From NCBI GenBank assembly GCA_026392045.1, contig JAPLCU010000009.1, positions 247 through 64,246 on the forward strand: a stretch of 64,000 nucleotides of DNA, in the 5' to 3' direction. This document shows positions 60,327 to 64,000 of this stretch, piece by piece. This DNA is from Armatimonadota bacterium (GTDB lineage Bacteria; Armatimonadota; UBA5829). Made by a program: the position numbers and the translations under genes. Positions within the stretch are counted from its first letter, which is position 1; each line of letters begins with the position of its first letter. The notes below the pieces were generated by a model. It saw nothing but the letters and a program-made list of their open reading frames with translations, was not told where the DNA came from and ran no database searches.

Positions 60327-60908
60327 ATGAAGAAGCTCATCATAGCAACGAAAAACAGCGGCAAGGCGAAAGAGGTCGCTCTAATTCTTGAGGGGATGGG
60401 GTATGAGATTGTCTCGTTGGCGGACTATCCCGACGCCCCCAAAGTTGAAGAAACGGGCAAAACATTCATCAAAAATGCCATAATCAAGGCAAAAACCTAT
60501 GCAGATTTTACCGGCGAGCTCACTCTTGCTGACGACTCCGGCCTGGAAGTTGACGCCTTGAATGGTGCGCCGGGGGTCTTCTCCAGCCGCTTCGCCCCAA
60601 CAGACGAAGAGCGCAATTCCAAGTTATTAGAACTAATGAAAGAAACCCCCGATGCAAATCGCACTGCCCGCTTCATCTGTGCAATCGCCATTGCCGAACC
60701 CGGAGGTGAAATCCGCACCTGCGAGGGGAAAGTGGAGGGTACAATCGCGCACGAACCCAAAGGCGACCAGGGCTTCGGCTACGACCCTGTTTTCTACCTC
60801 CCGCACCTCGGCAAATCCATGGCCGAACTCAACGCCGACCAGAAAAACTCCCTTTCTCATAGAGGCAAGGCGCTGGAAGAGGCAAAGAAGATTATGGCAC
60901 GTAACTAG
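60327..60908 (+). CDS. rdgB: dITP/XTP pyrophosphatase (Ham1/RdgB)
   Basis: ATKNxGK, FxGE...DDSGLEV and FGYDPVF blocks. Classic rph-rdgB adjacency. Start set at MKKLIIATKN. Confidence 0.85.
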   Translation: MKKLIIATKNSGKAKEVALILEGMGYEIVSLADYPDAPKVEETGKTFIKNAIIKAKTYADFTGELTLADDSGLEVDALNGAPGVFSSRFAPTDEERNSKLLELMKETPDANRTARFICAIAIAEPGGEIRTCEGKVEGTIAHEPKGDQGFGYDPVFYLPHLGKSMAELNADQKNSLSHRGKALEEAKKIMARN

Positions 60909-61115
60909 CAAATTCCACGCATGGTCTTTCGGGAAACTCGTTCCCGAAACCAACCTGCCTCCCGAGCAATGTCGATCTCACCCTCCCTTCATTCAGAATT
61001 CAAAACTGGAGCGTCGCGGAAACTATTTCTCCAAATGATGGAACATTCCGTCGCCTTTTCCTGTATAATATCTAAAGCGCTTTGCAAATTAAAGCATAAC
61101 CCAAAGGTGGACCTT

Positions 61116-61739
61116 ATGAAAAAGTCTCAGGCCGAGGAAGATATTCAGATAATTCGCGAGGTTATGGAGCGTTCCGCTCGATACACGCACTTTTCGGGGC
61201 TCTCCGGGGTGCTTTCGGGCATACTGGCACTCATCGGGTGCGCCATCACCTACTGGGTCAATTTCAATATTTCAGAGCTTCAGCAAAATAATTGGTATGC
61301 GCTGACCTGGTCCAGCGTGCTTATTGCAGCCATTGCCGAAGACCTCATGCTCGCCCAAAGAAATGCGCAGAAAAATGGCGGGTCTATTTGGGTGCCTGCC
61401 ACTTATCAAGTTATGAAAGCCATATTCCCGGGCGTGTTCGTAGCGTTCGTCATCTCGCTCACTGCAATGCTCGAAGGCGCGCTCGATGCAATCCCGGGCG
61501 TGTGGGCGCTTGGTTACGGAGCTGCGCTATGCGCGGCTGGTATGTTCACGGTGAAGGAGGTCTGGGTCTACGGCATAATCCAGCTCATCACGGGTTCCGC
61601 AAGCCTGCTGGTATTATCACAACCGGCCATTATTCCAAGAGAAATAGTACCCATTATCAGCTTTTCTCAACTGGCGCTGTCTTTCGGAATCTATCAGATA
61701 GTTTTCGGGCTGTGGATGACCAGAAAGTATCGGAAGTAG
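61116..61739 (+). CDS. Hypothetical polytopic membrane protein
   Basis: AGGTGG RBS before the ATG at 61116. Four to five TM helices. Confidence 0.45.
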   Translation: MKKSQAEEDIQIIREVMERSARYTHFSGLSGVLSGILALIGCAITYWVNFNISELQQNNWYALTWSSVLIAAIAEDLMLAQRNAQKNGGSIWVPATYQVMKAIFPGVFVAFVISLTAMLEGALDAIPGVWALGYGAALCAAGMFTVKEVWVYGIIQLITGSASLLVLSQPAIIPREIVPIISFSQLALSFGIYQIVFGLWMTRKYRK

Positions 61740-61741
61740 CC

Positions 61742-62035
61742 ATGCGCGAAATCGATGAAGCTATCCACCAAAAAACTCGCCTCGCGATAATGGCGCACCT
61801 GGCGGTGGTAGGGGAAACGGACTTTCTCACGCTCAGGAAAATCTTGAGCCTTACAGACGGCAACCTCTCGGTGCATTCAGCCATCCTCGAAGAAAAGGGC
61901 TTCATCGAGACCGAGAAAACCTTTGTAGGTAAGAAAACTCGCACAGTTTATCGCATCACCCCGACAGGCCGCAAGGCTTTCCAAGCTTACGTAACCGAGC
62001 TTGAAAGCATTCTTCGCGGCATTATAGACCCATAA
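61742..62035 (+). CDS. Winged-helix transcriptional regulator (HTH_34-like)
   Basis: KTRLAIMAHLAVVGETDFLTLRKILSLTDGNLSVHSAILEEKGFIE is a wHTH pattern. Start overlaps the stop of the upstream membrane gene (TAGCCATG). Confidence 0.5.
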   Translation: MREIDEAIHQKTRLAIMAHLAVVGETDFLTLRKILSLTDGNLSVHSAILEEKGFIETEKTFVGKKTRTVYRITPTGRKAFQAYVTELESILRGIIDP

Positions 62036-62039
62036 TAGC

Positions 62040-62285
62040 TAAAGGGGAGGGCGAGGCTCCCGCCGAACCGTTCCCTTCCGGGCTTCCGCTTTCCGCTATT
62101 ACTTCCATAGCGGGCCAGATTGCAAATCTGCCCGAACAAGGGCTTGCCGTTCCCTTCCGATCTCTCCGCTTTCCGCTATTACTTCCATTCGGGCCAGATT
62201 GCAAATCTGCCCGAACAAGGGCTTGCCCTTCCCTTCCGGGCTTTCCACTTTCCGCTTTCAGCTTTCCACTATCCCCCAAACATCT
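62040..62285. repeat. Tandem about 78-bp repeat (2 full + 1 partial copies) of the CCTTCCCTTCCGGGCTTTCCGCTTTCC family, each containing a cagatt-gca-aatctg hairpin
   Basis: Between the convergent wHTH regulator (+) and URO-D-like gene (-). Units contain ttcccttccgggcttccgctttccgctattacttccatagcgggccagattgcaaatctgcccgaacaagggcttg. Confidence 0.65.
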
Positions 62286-63390
62286 TCTCTTTAAGGTCTA
62301 AATAATAGAGATAATCTTCGGGTTTTACGTTTGGCGGGCAGCGGTGGTCGCAGAATGGGATGTAGCCACCGCGCTCAACATACGGCGCCAGGCTCTCCAA
62401 GTAGGCTTTAATGGCATCGGGACCTTTGCCTAGCTCAAGCTTATCTACCCCGCCCATAATTCTGAGCTGACCGTCGTATTTATCCAGCAGCTCGCCTGGG
62501 TGGGAGCAGCCGTTGACCTCAAACGGGAACAGGCAGTTGATGCCGCCTTCCAGGAGGCCCTGCAGAATCGGGCGCACATCGCCGTCGCAGTCTGTATACC
62601 AAATATCGATTCCGGCAGCCTTGAGCTTGGCGTTAATTCTCTTATATCGCGGCACAACAACGTTGTTGAAGAAGTCCACAGAGACTATCGGGCCATTCTT
62701 GAAGCAAATATCTTCCCATGCGCTGGCATAATCGAACGCGAAATGCGGCAGCGCCTGGTCCAAAAAGTCTTCCACCAGCAAACATGAAGTCTCGACCATA
62801 TCTTCGAGCATCTCAGGGTAATCGTAAATGGCGTAAGCGAGGCCTTCAAATGTGAGCATGTCTCTAATCATACCAATCATAGAACCGCACCACACGCCCA
62901 GCGGGTAATCGCGGTCGGCGGGGTAGCGCTTTTTCATGGCCTCGATATCGACCTTGCGCTCAGGGGTTCCACGCCTGAATCGCTCTTCTTTACACTTTTT
63001 CCAGTCATCGGGAGTCACAATCGATGCCTTGATATAATGCGGAATAGTGTCGTGGCCATCTTTTGGAACCTCAGCGGTGAGACCGTTGTAGTTCATCAAG
63101 ATCTTCGTAGTCTCAGTTTCGCCTATTACTTCCTCTGGAAACCCAGGGTTCATCCAAACGCTTCCCCACATCGACTCAATCTTATCGAAGCTGAAATATG
63201 CGTTGGCCTCGGCCTCATTGGTGATGCCGTTCTCAACGAACATCGGCCACAATTTATAATTCTCGTCCCAATAGCCGAACTCCATATTGAAGCACCGATC
63301 AACGGGCTTATAATGCATCTGATTAACAAAACGCTCGCGGTCTGTCATATTGCCTTTCCATTTAGGGCGGCACGGGGTTATATTCATCAT
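62269..63390 (-). CDS. Uroporphyrinogen-decarboxylase (URO-D)-family protein (MtaA/CmuA-like methyltransferase fold)
   Basis: URO-D-family length and blocks. Start set at the ATGATG following GGAGATTAGCG (63390). Confidence 0.6.
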   Translation of the reverse strand: MMNITPCRPKWKGNMTDRERFVNQMHYKPVDRCFNMEFGYWDENYKLWPMFVENGITNEAEANAYFSFDKIESMWGSVWMNPGFPEEVIGETETTKILMNYNGLTAEVPKDGHDTIPHYIKASIVTPDDWKKCKEERFRRGTPERKVDIEAMKKRYPADRDYPLGVWCGSMIGMIRDMLTFEGLAYAIYDYPEMLEDMVETSCLLVEDFLDQALPHFAFDYASAWEDICFKNGPIVSVDFFNNVVVPRYKRINAKLKAAGIDIWYTDCDGDVRPILQGLLEGGINCLFPFEVNGCSHPGELLDKYDGQLRIMGGVDKLELGKGPDAIKAYLESLAPYVERGGYIPFCDHRCPPNVKPEDYLYYLDLKEKMFGG

Positions 63391-63493
63391 CGCTAATCTC
63401 CAATGGCATCTGCCAGGCGTTATTCTTCTACGCTCAATATTATATACTAAAACGGCGGGGGGAAGGAACGAGTTTTGAGTTTTGAATTTTGAG

Positions 63494-64000
63494 TTATGAA
63501 TTGGGAAGGGAATTATCAAACTTCGGCACATTCAGCGTCGTAAGTGTTGTGAAAGACTCGGCGGGCAGGTCTATCGTTGCCTTGCCGTCTTTTATCTGTA
63601 TGGCCTCGCCCTGTTTGAAGAGGTTTGAGAGTTCGGAAGTAACTTTGTTTAGCCGCTTGAGATTCGCAGGCAGGCCGGTCAGGTTTGCTTTGCGCGCGGG
63701 GCCGTTGTTTGAGATTTGCAGGGTGTAGTTTTTGCCGGTCTGGAATGCCGTGAAGAGCACGGCGGGCTGGTCGGTGTCGGTTTTCAGGGCTTTGCTGTTG
63801 GGCACGACGAATGTCAGCCAGTGCTTTTGCAGGGCGCAGCGAAAGTTCGGGACGAGCTTCTTGGGGTCTGCCGGGTCCTTGTCCAGCAGCCTGAAATCGG
63901 GGGTGTATTCCCAGTGTATGACCGCATTCGGGCAAGCATATAGAAAAAGCTCCTGGTAGTGCTTCATCTCAGACAACGAATGTTTGGGCGTGTTGAGCGA
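63494..64000 (-). CDS. Glycoside hydrolase, C-terminal beta-sandwich portion (GH30-like); N-terminus beyond window end
   Basis: Reading frame open to the window edge. C-terminal beta-sandwich-like sequence (YTLQISNNGPARKANLTGLPANL...). Confidence 0.35.
   Translation of the reverse strand, partial: SLNTPKHSLSEMKHYQELFLYACPNAVIHWEYTPDFRLLDKDPADPKKLVPNFRCALQKHWLTFVVPNSKALKTDTDQPAVLFTAFQTGKNYTLQISNNGPARKANLTGLPANLKRLNKVTSELSNLFKQGEAIQIKDGKATIDLPAESFTTLTTLNVPKFDNSLPNS

Noticed and set aside
61292-61741. 5' part of the 247-aa ORF overlapping the membrane-protein gene in another frame
   Set aside because: Only the portion from the ATG at 61742 has wHTH-like sequence. The upstream part is an alternative frame of a better-supported membrane-protein gene.
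1-64000. tRNA, rRNA, tmRNA, riboswitch scan by eye
   Set aside because: No cloverleaf-compatible T-loop/acceptor arrangements or rRNA-like conserved blocks were found. Cannot exclude small ncRNAs without covariance-model tools.

Overview
This 64 kb window is a bacterial chromosomal segment with moderate-to-high GC (about 55% by eye). Most genes encode secreted, cell-envelope or glycan-degrading functions: a sulfatase, a CE7 esterase, two SASA-type acetylesterases, GH43, GH38 and GHL10 hydrolases, a PEP-CTERM protein, and a 2027-aa secreted protein with two PQQ-like beta-propellers and about 14 tandem FN3-like repeats. Core functions are also present: an ABC exporter, a folE-folK-folB-SDR pterin/folate operon, murI, rph-rdgB, dus, a 3-methyladenine DNA glycosylase and an AmiC-type amidase. 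Housekeeping and regulatory genes include a BON-domain protein, a PAS sensor histidine kinase, a CBS-GGDEF cyclase, RicT/YaaT and an orphan anti-sigma regulatory factor. Mobile and accessory elements: a frameshifted ISL3 transposase, a frameshifted Gfo/Idh/MocA pseudogene, a hicBA TA pair, a C-protein-controlled Type II R-M system, and an orphan minimal nucleotidyltransferase. Two segments are clearly lower in GC than their surroundings: the R-M system (about 45% GC) and a two-gene cassette (about 40% GC) encoding a 65-aa RHH-like protein and a 549-aa uncharacterised protein behind a consensus sigma70 promoter. The cassette is the best candidate for an undescribed system. The 549-aa protein carries a speculative papain/C39-like Cys...His motif. 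Intergenic DNA is unusually repeat-rich. There is a GTCCCGA-core hairpin family, including a 4-unit tandem array. There is a dispersed polypyrimidine repeat family (CTTCCCTTCCGGGCTTTCCACTTTCC / GGGAGGGCGAGGCTCCCGCCGAG). There are tandem octamer arrays (AATTATGA, AGTTATGA, ACTTATTA). There are ATCACGGAAnCACGGAAT motifs. No rRNA, tRNA or CRISPR array was found.
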